Shown here one piece after another: positions 29,872-40,177 of a stretch of 64,000 bases of DNA. How positions within the stretch are numbered: the first letter of the stretch is position 1; the number at the start of each line of letters is the position of its first letter. The notes under the pieces are model-generated. The model worked only from the letters and a program-made list of their open reading frames with translations, searched no databases and had not been told where the DNA came from. The stretch lies in assembly GCA_946965045.2 (NCBI GenBank), contig OX337228.1:1302001-1366000 (forward strand). Direction: 5' to 3'. Source of the DNA: Epithemia pelagica (Eukaryota > Protista > Bacillariophyta). The translations under genes and the position numbers were made by a program.

Positions 29872-31730
29872 TTATGGCCGAGCCATTGACGTCTCGCAAT
29901 ATACACCAGGATAATCCTCACTTGGAGTGACAAAGGCCTTCTCTGCATCAAACTCCTCATCTTTCCCTGGTGCCCTTTCTGGGATTAATTCGGATGGCTG
30001 TGGTCGAGGCATTCGTGGCTCATCAGAATCACTTGGAGTACCCGTATCTGGAGTTGAAAGGCTCACATTTTCTTCGTCGCTTATGTGTGATGCGTTCTTG
30101 TTGGTCGCAATGGCTTTGGAAGAAGAAGAAGAAGAAGAAGAAGAAGAAGAAGGCGAGGAGTGACGACGAGAATCACGTCTGCCCAAAAGTGCGTTGACCA
30201 TCAAAAAGAGTGCAATACCTGTTCCCGAAGACAAGATCATGTACAGAGATGATATGCCACGGCTTGCATTCACGGGACAGCCTTCCATCAACTCTTGAAC
30301 GTCGGGCAAGATGCACCACAAGTAAAATCGACTAAACAAATATCGCAATTCCTTGAGACCAGCAATTCCAGCTCCAGGACTGAATGTAGTGCTCAGAAAG
30401 ACGGAAGAAATGAAGGGCAGTCCTCCCACAAGTTGCACCGTTTGCAAACTGAGATTGGAAAAAATGGCCAAGGACACTGACAAGAAAAAGATGGACGTCA
30501 AGTCGGTAACGATTCCAATCCAATAAGCTGGTCCACACAATTCACGGTTCGTTGCGACGCAAAAAACAAATTGCAGAAAAGAGACAAACAGAAGCAACAC
30601 TGCAGTCAAAATCGTTTTGCACAGTCGATGCAGTTGGGGGGAGGAATGCAGGAGTGCGTCGGCTTCTTGATCAACTGCAATCCTCCAGGGGACCAGGGAT
30701 AAAATATAGGGGTACAAGCATTGAAATCCCACCCACATATTGGCCACCAAAATCAGGGAGGCCAACTCCGTACCGGAATTCCAAAAGGCCAAAAGATAAC
30801 CAGCAGCCAAACTGAGAAGGGCAAAAACAATGACATTCTTGGCTGCCGGATTCGACCATACTTCGGATTCCAAAAAGAATCGTAGTGTCTCCATGCGGGC
30901 AGAAGACTCTTTTGCATCCTTACCCGAATGGCTCCAATCTTGAACGACGTGTTGTTGTTTCGTTGACGTCACCGCAGATGACGATGACAACACTAAGGTA
31001 CGAAGAACCAGCTCCCGATCTTGGTCTCTCTCATCACTCCACTTGGAGGAGTGATAAGTGAAGCTTTTGGTGCTGTTGTCGTTGGTCACCACAGTATTTG
31101 TTGTACTGGAAAGTTGAGTTTGATCTTGGCGGAACTTGTTTTTGTTCGTACTTGAACCAAGTCTCGGTCAACGGCCGACACAATCAGGACCCTATCAGCG
31201 AGATCCATCAAGGCCTGTACATGATCGTTCGTGACCACAACGACATTGTGATGCAATTGCAGTTGCTGCAATCGTTCCAAACAATAGGGCAAGAAATCTT
31301 CCGTGACACCGCAACAGGGTTCATCCAGTAAGATCATGTACTTCTTGAAGTCGTCGTTTATAATAGAAGGAACGGTGCGCTGACTAATCAGTTCCAGGAG
31401 CAATAATTTGCGTTGTCCACCCGACAGGCCCGCTGTAAAGGTACCCGCCAAAGTACCACCAATGGGAATGGTGCCGTCCCTTTGTTCCTCTTGGTAAATG
31501 TGCCAATAGGGCAATGGAGTTGGATCGAAATTGGGAATTTTGGAAACAGGAATATACGGCCGCAATTGGTGGTATTGGGTAACGTAAACAACGTTTGGAA
31601 TGGATGTTGGTTCTTGAGTCGTTTGTGCTGGCACAGACTGTCTGGCCGTTGTTGTGGCCTTTTGGTACAAGTCTTGCAAAAAGGTCGTCTTGCCCGAGCC
31701 CGAACTTCCAATCACAACGGTCAATGTCAT
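29872..31730 (-). pseudogene. ABCG-like half transporter paralog 1, split by a -1 frameshift near 31092-31165
   Basis: ORF 31086-31853 carries GSSGSGKTT, LSGGQ, ILLDEP. ORF 29872-31092 carries the TMD (PGAG..ELRYLFSRFY.WC..MEGCP) homologous to paralogs 2 and 3. One extra A in the A5 run near 31140 would fuse them; this may be an assembly error. Confidence 0.65.
30119..30151 (+). repeat. (GAA)11 microsatellite encoding poly-Ser on the minus strand
   Basis: Direct reading of the sequence. Confidence 0.9.
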
Positions 31731-32363
31731 GTTGTCTTGTTGTTGTTGCTGTTGGTGTTTGTAGCTGACGTTATCGTTTTGGATGGTATGGAACCGAGAA
31801 CTTGTGAAAGAAAATGCCACTTGGGTTGCTTCTTTATGATGAACGAAACTCATCAGTTGTATCCGTGATACGATACAACCTGCAAGAACAGAAAGCGGAC
31901 CTCGGTGCTTTCGAAGCAGGAAAGGATATGGATATCAGAAGCTATCAAAGGCAAGGCGACGCAGAATAGATTATTTGTGGTTCTTGTTCCTTGAAGGGGT
32001 TGGTCGGTCCATTCGTAACAAAAAAATGTGGCGATCCCTTTGTACGGATCTGTTCCGAATTCCGAATATTGTAGATATGCCTTCCACACATCGATGGCCT
32101 GCATGCGCATGGGGTTTAAATATATGATGACATGGTCGGCTTGCGTATCACAACACCACTTGCTTCCGATTTCGCTCATTATTTTTTGTTTCGTGAAATT
32201 TCTGTGCCTCACGATTTACAGGGAGATTCATTCACATCATCATCTACAAGAAAATGACGAATAATTGAATGCATGCACAAAGGCAAGACTCCATCAAAGG
32301 CAAACGCTCGAAAGAAGTTCTTCATTTGGAAACGAATCAGTATTCTGTCGACTACCTAGAAGA

Positions 32364-34211
32364 ATGACTCTTACGCTTGTGATTGGCAGCTCAGGTTCGG
32401 GCAAGACAACCTTTCTGAATGATCTGGTGACGTTCCACAAGCATGGATGCATTTACATTCGTCAATTTCATACCATTCGACCGTATTCACGTGTCTCGCA
32501 AATTCCAAACTTTGACCCAACTCAGTTGCCCTACTGGCATATTTACCTGGACGAACAAACAGCTGAAACCATTCCAGTGGGTGGCACCATGGCCGGCAAA
32601 TTCATACCGGGCTTATCGGGAGGACAACGCAAGTTGTTACTGTTTGAGTTGATTTGTCAACGAACTGTGCATCATCCTAGGCATCCATTTCTGATTGTTT
32701 TGGATGAGCCCTTTTCTGGCGTCACTTCAGATTTTCTCTCTTTTATCGAAGAACGATTGAGTCGTTTGCGAGAGCGACACAATGTAATTTTGGTGACCAA
32801 CGATCACCTTGAGACACTGACGCGAATGGCGGACAATGTTGTCCAAATTTCGGCAGCCCAACGCCACCTCGTCGAGCTTTATCATCCTCAACGTCATCCG
32901 CCAACAGTATCGAATCCTGTCCAGGACAATTTTAAACAACAAGATGCACTTGCCAAGTTGGTTGTTTCCCGAACGCATATCCTTCATGCACTCAGTTTGG
33001 GGCATGCCTTTCACTCGTATTCTTCCCCTTCGAAGCTGGCCGCATCGTCCAGTCCTTGGTGGTCGTTTTGCAATCATGGCGATGCTGCGCTGTTCTGGAA
33101 AGTAGAACTTTGGAGCAATCGGCATTTACGGTCCATTGGAGTGGTGTCCACTATTTTTGTCGCTTTCTTTCTGGCTTCTTTTTGGGACTCTGATCCCTCC
33201 CAACGAGCCTTGGTATTGGTTGCGGGAGACATTCTAGCATTCTTTTGTGTGAACCCTTATTTATTAACGTTGGTCGACTGGAGAAACGCCATAGAGGAGG
33301 AATCGCATGCCTTGATCCATACATCCTAGGCCCTCAATCGATGCTGGAAAAGTATGGTGGTATTGGTACTTATGATTGCCGCCTCTACAGCAGAATTTGC
33401 CGTGGCCAATCTCGTTGTATCAGGCTTGTCCAGTCCTCGAATATGGTTGGCAATGTTTTTGGACGGATGGTCGCTACGGTTACCAAGTATATATTTGGGC
33501 ATATATAGTCGCATGGACTTTGATTCAGTGCATCGAATCAAGACCATTCCTACTGTCCTCATGACCTTATTCAGTACAACATACCGCCCGCCTGGAGCCG
33601 GTGTGAGTGGCGTTTCCGAGTTGCGATACTTGTTTTCCCGGTTTTACTTTTGGTGTATGGTTCCTGGTGTACAAGATCAAATGGAAGGGTGCCCCTCCAT
33701 CTTCAGTGACAACAGAGTCAAGAATGACTGGCTTCTCCTCTCGTACATGGGTTTGACTTCGTTCTTCGGGTTGTTTTGCGTACTGTTGGTAAGGGCATTG
33801 AGCCTTCAGATTCACCATCTGCAGCAAGATCGACGTGAAGCACGCCTTCGTCGTCGTTGTACTGATTCTGAAGCAACACCCACGCAAACGATCCAACTAA
33901 GAAAATCATCGCAGCCACAACAAAAGGATGACCATGCAGAGATGACGGCAGAGGAAGTTTTGATCCTACGACGAAACTTGTTCGGAGAATACTACTGCAA
34001 TGGAAACGACGTAACTGTTACATTTGACCAAGAAAACGACGTACACAAAATGAAAACAGACAATAGTCAGTTCCGATCTAGTGGTGCTCGTATGCCCTTG
34101 TTTCAGTCTTCATTGGTGTTCTTCAACACCAAGAGTGGTACAACGAGGAAAAGAAAACATGATGACGACAACATGGAGGAGACTAAATTGGAAATTCCCG
34201 AGCCCTTCTGA
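32364..34211 (+). pseudogene. ABCG-like half transporter paralog 2 with in-frame TAG at 33327-33329
   Basis: ORFs 32265-33329 and 33354-34211 are in the same frame. CATACATCCTAGGCC here vs CATACATCCAAGGCC in paralog 3 (Lys to stop). Confidence 0.75.
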
Positions 34212-35020
34212 AGAAGAAAGAAAGGATGCAGAAGAAACTGTTCCACGTACTACCAAATGGTCGACACATTGGGGATGCTGACACTGGCTCTGCTGTTTCC
34301 TAGCTTGACTCATCTATTGGGAGCACTCGAAGAATCTGTGGAAGGGAAGGATGGCAAAGACGATCGTATGGACGTTATTATTCTGGGAGTCTCTGGTGAG
34401 AGAATATCGATCATCTTGTCCAAGTAGGTGCTTGTTGTTGGAAGAAGTTGTCGTGTCGCTCTCGCTATGCTGGAACCGCAGAGTGTGCATATGTTATGTT
34501 TGATCTGTATGGACTCTGTACAATACGCTCTGCAGGGATGGACCAGACAGGGTTACACCTTTGGTTTCCGACACGAAAGAAGAGTTGCATGTCCATCGTC
34601 CCAGCAATAACAATCCCTTCGTTTTGCTTTGTTGGCAGGTGCAAATGCTAAATCCATCTACTCGACAGACTCCTACTTTTTCTAGGAATAGTACGAGTGG
34701 AGTAGTAGGAATGGTAGTGTGTGGGATCGATAATCGAAACACAACTTTGAACTTTGATACCCGAGTCACGAATCCGAATTCTACATTGCTCAATAATATT
34801 ACTGTAGCCGCTTGAAAAGACTTCCAGAATCGCCAACACGCTTCGCCTTATGCCCGTTTAAGCCCATCGAATTTGCTGCGTGAAAATCTTTTGTGGGAAC
34901 GACGGCGAGGCATGAGCGAGATTTGCTTCGTGTCCTCACAAACAATTCAGAACGACAGCAACCCGCAGACCTCTACGGATACGAAGACTTTCAAGCAGCA
35001 GTACCCTCTTGTCGAACAGA

Positions 35021-36766
35021 ATGACCTTGACTATTGTGATTGGAAGCTCTGGCTCGGGCAAGACTACGTTTCTGAATGATCTGGTGACGTTCCACAAGCA
35101 TGGATGCATTTACATTCGTCAATTTCATACCATTCGACCGTATTTACGTGTCTCGCAAATTCCAAACTTTGACCCAACTCAGTTACCGTATTGGCATATT
35201 TACCAGGACGAACAAACAGCTGAAACCATTCCAGTGGGTGGCACCATGGCTGGAAAATTCATACCGGGCTTATCGGGAGGACAACGCAAGTTGTTACTGT
35301 TTGAGTTGATTTGTCAACGAACTGTGCATCATCCGAGGCATCCATTTCTGATTGTTTTGGATGAGCCTTTTTCTGGCGTCACTTCAGATTTTCTCTCTTT
35401 TATCGAAGAACGATTGAGTCGTTTGCGAGAGCGACACAATGTCGTTTTGGTGACCAACGATCACCTTGAGACACTGACGCGAATGGCGGACAATGTTGTC
35501 CAAATTTCGGCAGCCCAGCGCCACCTCGTCCAGCTCTATCATAGCTATCAGGATCTACAAAAAGCCAACTCTTTGAATCAGACAGAGCTGTCTTCGTCTG
35601 TTGTGCTTGAGCGTAAAGATATTCTCAAAGCACTCAGTGTCGGATTTGCCTATTCCTCTTCCGCGGCATCAACATCTTGGATGAGCTTGTCATCTGACAG
35701 ATCATTTTGGAATTCTGATGATGCTAAATTTTTCTTCAAAGTCGAATTGTGGCAAAACAAGTATTTACGATCTATGGGACTTTTGTCTGGTCTTTTTGTG
35801 GCTTTCTTTCTGGCTGCTTTTTGGGACTCCGATCCTTCCCAACGAGCCTTGGTATTGGTAGCAGGTGATTTGTTGACATTCTTTTGCGTGAATCCATATT
35901 TATTAACGTTGGTCGACTGGAGAAACGCCATAGAGGAGGAATCACATGCCTTTCTCCATACATCCAAGGCCCTCAATCGATTCTGGAAGACCACTGTGGT
36001 ATTGGCCCTCATGATTGCCGCCTCCACGGCAGAATTTGTCGTCGCCAATCAAGTTGTGTCGGGCTTGTCCAGTCCCCGAATATGGCTGGCCATGCTTCTG
36101 GACAGTTGGACATTACGGCTACCGAGTTTGTATTTGGGAATATATAGTCGCATGGACTTTGATTCAGTACAAAGTATCAAGGCCATTCCTACTGTCCTCA
36201 TGACCTTGTTCAGTGCGACTTACCGACCGCCAGGAGCCGGTGTGAGTGGCGTATCCGAGTTGCGATATTTCTTTTCTCGGTTTTACTTCTGGTGTATGGT
36301 TCCCGGTGTACAAGATCAAATGGAGGGGTGTCCGGGAGGCGAGAACAACGACTGGCTTCTTCTATTGTGCATGTGCGTAACCTCCTTTCCGGGACTACTT
36401 TGCATGCTTTTCGTACAAAACCTTGGCAGGATGATTCGACAGCTAAGACAAATCCAACGCCTCCTATGCGACAGTTCACAAACGTCGCGATTACCGCTAC
36501 ATCAAGGAGAAGAGAGAGAATGTGGATCAACACTTTCCGAGGAGAAGCTCTTAAACATGCGACGAAACTTATTTGGCGACGAATACAATGAGTACCACGA
36601 CATGTTTGTCTTGACCAAAACCACAAAGAAGAAGAAGAATAGCTACGACAGTGAACCAACAAGTGTGTCATCCTTGTCACTATCATCTCGGTTGTTCAAC
36701 AGCGATCCTTGGTACGAAAGCAAAGAAACTGTCACTAGGAAAAGGAGAAATCACGAACGAGATTAG
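35021..36766 (+). CDS. ABCG-like half transporter paralog 3 (NBD-TMD), intact
   Basis: Walker A GSSGSGKTT, Q-loop IYIRQ, signature LSGGQ, Walker B LIVLDE, followed by about six TM helices. Confidence 0.85.
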   Translation: MTLTIVIGSSGSGKTTFLNDLVTFHKHGCIYIRQFHTIRPYLRVSQIPNFDPTQLPYWHIYQDEQTAETIPVGGTMAGKFIPGLSGGQRKLLLFELICQRTVHHPRHPFLIVLDEPFSGVTSDFLSFIEERLSRLRERHNVVLVTNDHLETLTRMADNVVQISAAQRHLVQLYHSYQDLQKANSLNQTELSSSVVLERKDILKALSVGFAYSSSAASTSWMSLSSDRSFWNSDDAKFFFKVELWQNKYLRSMGLLSGLFVAFFLAAFWDSDPSQRALVLVAGDLLTFFCVNPYLLTLVDWRNAIEEESHAFLHTSKALNRFWKTTVVLALMIAASTAEFVVANQVVSGLSSPRIWLAMLLDSWTLRLPSLYLGIYSRMDFDSVQSIKAIPTVLMTLFSATYRPPGAGVSGVSELRYFFSRFYFWCMVPGVQDQMEGCPGGENNDWLLLLCMCVTSFPGLLCMLFVQNLGRMIRQLRQIQRLLCDSSQTSRLPLHQGEERECGSTLSEEKLLNMRRNLFGDEYNEYHDMFVLTKTTKKKKNSYDSEPTSVSSLSLSSRLFNSDPWYESKETVTRKRRNHERD

Positions 36767-36945
36767 TCCATGAGGAATGAACAAGGACAGAGACAATGTG
36801 ATACTGATTTAGGCGTTCTTTATGGTGGAGGAAGACTCATGTAAAGATAGCATTATTGTATTCCAAATCATACCACCTTTCATAACCTCATACTCCGTGG
36901 TATCACAGGTTCAGCTGGTGTGTGTGACGTTTTCACGCATTTTGC

Positions 36946-39641
36946 TTATGACTGACGGATTTGTTGGTTCTTGTATTCCTCTAACGACAATTTCAAGGCT
37001 TCTTCCATCATTTCCTGTTCGACTCGGGCCAATCGCTCCTGTTCCGTTTCCATGGGTGACATTTCGTGGTGACCGCGACGAATGCTGCTTGTACTACATG
37101 TTCGCCGTAAGGATGCTGGACGAAATTGAGGAGAAGACGTCGCCTGCAATGTTGTCATTGTGGCGTCCCGATTTGGGTTTGGTTGAAAAGATGATGATGT
37201 TGTTGATGGTTGATCATCTCCTGGTCCTGTTGAATAAAGGGGTACCTTGACAAACTTGTTGTTGGGTCCCCGTTTCCAGACAAACCCCGTCGCCTTATTG
37301 TTGGTGCTGCTGCTCTTGTTGACTGCTGGTCGCTCGGTTCCCATTGTCCGGGGAGCGGCAGATTCAGCGCGGGAAATGGTACGCCTGGACGGTGTTTTCG
37401 TAAACGGAGGAAGAGGAGGATTCTTAGAGTAACGACTTGCCGTCGACGTACTGGTGGCCCTTGCGGGTGTCAACGCTTGGTTTGCAATATTATCCGCAGC
37501 ATCGGTAGTGGCATAGGATTGGAGTTGTTGAAGTAGATAATCTCCCGAATTAAGACTTTGACTGCGGCCCATACGGGGGCGACTGCGACTCATGTTGCTG
37601 TTCTTGTTCTCGCTGTGCATGCGGTATTCCAAATTCGAATCGTTTGGTTCCCCAAATGCCTGTGGAACCCTTTCATGACCAACATGGGAGGAAGGAACAC
37701 CACGATCTTGCTGTGGTGCGTCTTGCATTAAAGTGCTGTGTAGAGGCATGTCTCGTGGAGGTCTCCTCGAGGCACGTCGGTTGAGTTGTTTTTGATCATG
37801 AAAAGACCGTAGTCCTCGCGGGTCACGACCAATACCATCGGACGAATGGGCACGACGACGAAGAGGCTCTTGTTGGGACATCGGTGATATTGGCGACGAA
37901 GACGACGTGGTTCTGCTTTGGGCCATGGCTAGGTTCAACAAGACTTGCTCTTGTTCTTCCAAATGTTGGATGGATGGTGGAGGAGGAGACGATGAAGCAA
38001 ACGGTGCAGTTCGTCCAGAAGCACTGTTCCTCTCTGCTCTATCTCCAACAGCATGTGATTGCAATTGTTCTAACTGCGATTGTTCCATGGCCTGTTCCAG
38101 CATTTCTTGTTCCATGAGTTGGCGGGCCAAGGCTTCGTCGTCCTGAACTTTTATGGCATCCGGCGCAGTAGTGTTTGTAGGGGTCTCTCTTGTTGTCGCA
38201 GCAGCAGCACCATCATGGTGCAGATCGTCCGTGTCGTCGATGAAGCATTTTTGATACCGACCACCGGGTCCCTTTTTCCATACAAAGGGTGATTTGGGTG
38301 GACTCGAGGGTGGAAAGGATGATTCGTGAAAACTTTGCGTTCGTCTAGTGGGAGAAATGGGTTGCGTTGGACTATTGACGTGACCGTCGTAGTCTTGGCC
38401 ATGAATCTCATGATGACGATAGGAGTCACGGTTATTAAAGCTTTTGGATTGCAAGGGAATGTGACGAGGAGGACGACGACTGGGGGAGGAAGGTGACAAG
38501 GGTGGTTGGTGATGCTGCTGTTGTTGAAAGCGTTCAGGTTGTGTTCTTGTTGCTGCGGAAGATGGAAGATCTTGCAAACTTTGTCGCACTGCCATTTCGA
38601 TCAGTGCCTGTTCTTGCAACTCTGGATTGTCGCTGTTACTGGGTACGTAGTTGTGGCTCGTGTTTGTGGTTGTGATTGGAGTGGAACGTTGGTAGGATTT
38701 TGGAGGAGGGGTTCCCTGGAGTGCTTCGGGAGGAACTTGATCGTGTCTGACAGCATAAACACCTGGACGTTTGGTAAGACTTGTTGTATTAGAAGCAGAA
38801 AGCCGTCGTGGTACCTCGTTCACCCTCGTTGGTGTTGTCATGGGTGGATTTGAATACCGGGGGGCGTAGTCCATGTCTTGATGATGATGATGTTGTGGTT
38901 GTTGAAGAATGTGTTCTCTACCTTGATTGTGTACATGTTCTGGCTCTTGTCGAGACATTGGTGGCGGTGGTGGTGTTACTTTTGCCGATGCGACTGGATC
39001 TGGTTCCATGGAGGTTATGGGGCCCGTTGCGGTGCTGAGACAAAACGTAATGTCATCGTCTACACCGTCCTCTTCGTCTCCAAAGGTTACCACCACACCC
39101 TCCAATGATCCACGACGTTGTTGCATTTGCAATTGTTGCTGAGCGTGGGCAAAGGCTTGTCGGTACGCTTGTTGCAACAGCAAAGCTGTGGCCGCATCGG
39201 GAGTAGTTACAGCACTAGTAGTATTTGGAACAGCCTGAGTACCAATAACAGGTTCTCCCGAACGAGGAGTGTCTTCCTTTCCTTCCCTCTTTGTTGCTTG
39301 TGTTGCCGTTTCAAGTGATCGGCGCCTTGCATTGGTACGGACACCCTCACCATGACCAGTAGCATGACGATGGCCTCTATTCGTTGCCGTTAGTTGTTGT
39401 TTGTGTTCTAGGTCTGCGGGGTCGCACCTAGATTCCTTCTCCTCTACCTCCACTAATGGCTCTTGCTGTTCCGTTAAAGTAGAAGAAGCAGGAGCAGTTT
39501 TCCCTCTTGACTCGATCAGCTCTGGGGCCATTTTGGTTGGTTCATATTTTCCCCTGGATCTCTCATAATAATGAGGTTGCTGCTTTTTCGTTTTGGGCAA
39601 TTTTTTGTTTCGTACTTGACTGGCAATGGTGTCACTGGTGG
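36946..39641 (-). pseudogene. C-terminal part of a host multi-UIM protein gene interrupted by the LTR element
   Basis: Joins in frame with 48808-49084 when the element and one TSD are removed (277+2696=2973 nt, 990 aa). Four A-x3-S UIM-like motifs. Confidence 0.8.
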
Positions 39642-39646
39642 GTTGT

Positions 39647-40151
39647 TGTCAGAGTCACTAGCATACACTGGGTATACTAATAGCTAGGGGAATACCGCGT
39701 AGTCGGGGTGGAGATTGATCAAGTCTCCACACCAACCTAGAAGTCTTTTGCGTTGCAAAAACTCCTGTATCGATATTATAATTAAAGCTATAGAGTAAAC
39801 AAAGTGATCTTGAGTTCCTCATTTTGATTCCTCGCTTTGGCTTCCAGGAATTGATCTGCTATCTTGCAACGCACAGCTTGATTCAAATGGACGATAGTTA
39901 TCTCATTTTGTTGTTTGCTGTGTCATAGGTTAGTTAGCAAAACATGAGTGTCGTAGACACAAACAACGAATGGCCCGGCGTTCTGTGGCGCCAAAAGCCC
40001 ATCCTGCGCGTTATGCATGCGCGGATTCCGACATGTAGGCTTATATCATTGGGTCATGCAACACAAACTGCCAGTCGTGAAAATTCAATATTTCAAAAAC
40101 ACAAATACAAATTTCGAAACGCGACTGGTGCTAAAAACATAAACTGCGACT
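39647..40151 (-). repeat. 3' LTR (505 bp)
   Basis: No difference from 48303-48807 was seen by eye. Confidence 0.95.
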
Positions 40152-40160
40152 CTCCCTCTT
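40152..40160 (-). promoter_or_regulatory. Polypurine tract AAGAGGGAG
   Basis: Purine run directly abutting the 3' LTR on the sense strand. Confidence 0.85.
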
Positions 40161-40177
40161 GGGCTTGGTGTCACAGG

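Noticed and set aside
31106-31151. 46-nt GT-AG intron to repair ABCG paralog 1
   Set aside because: Splicing it leads into the third frame, which stops within about 30 codons.
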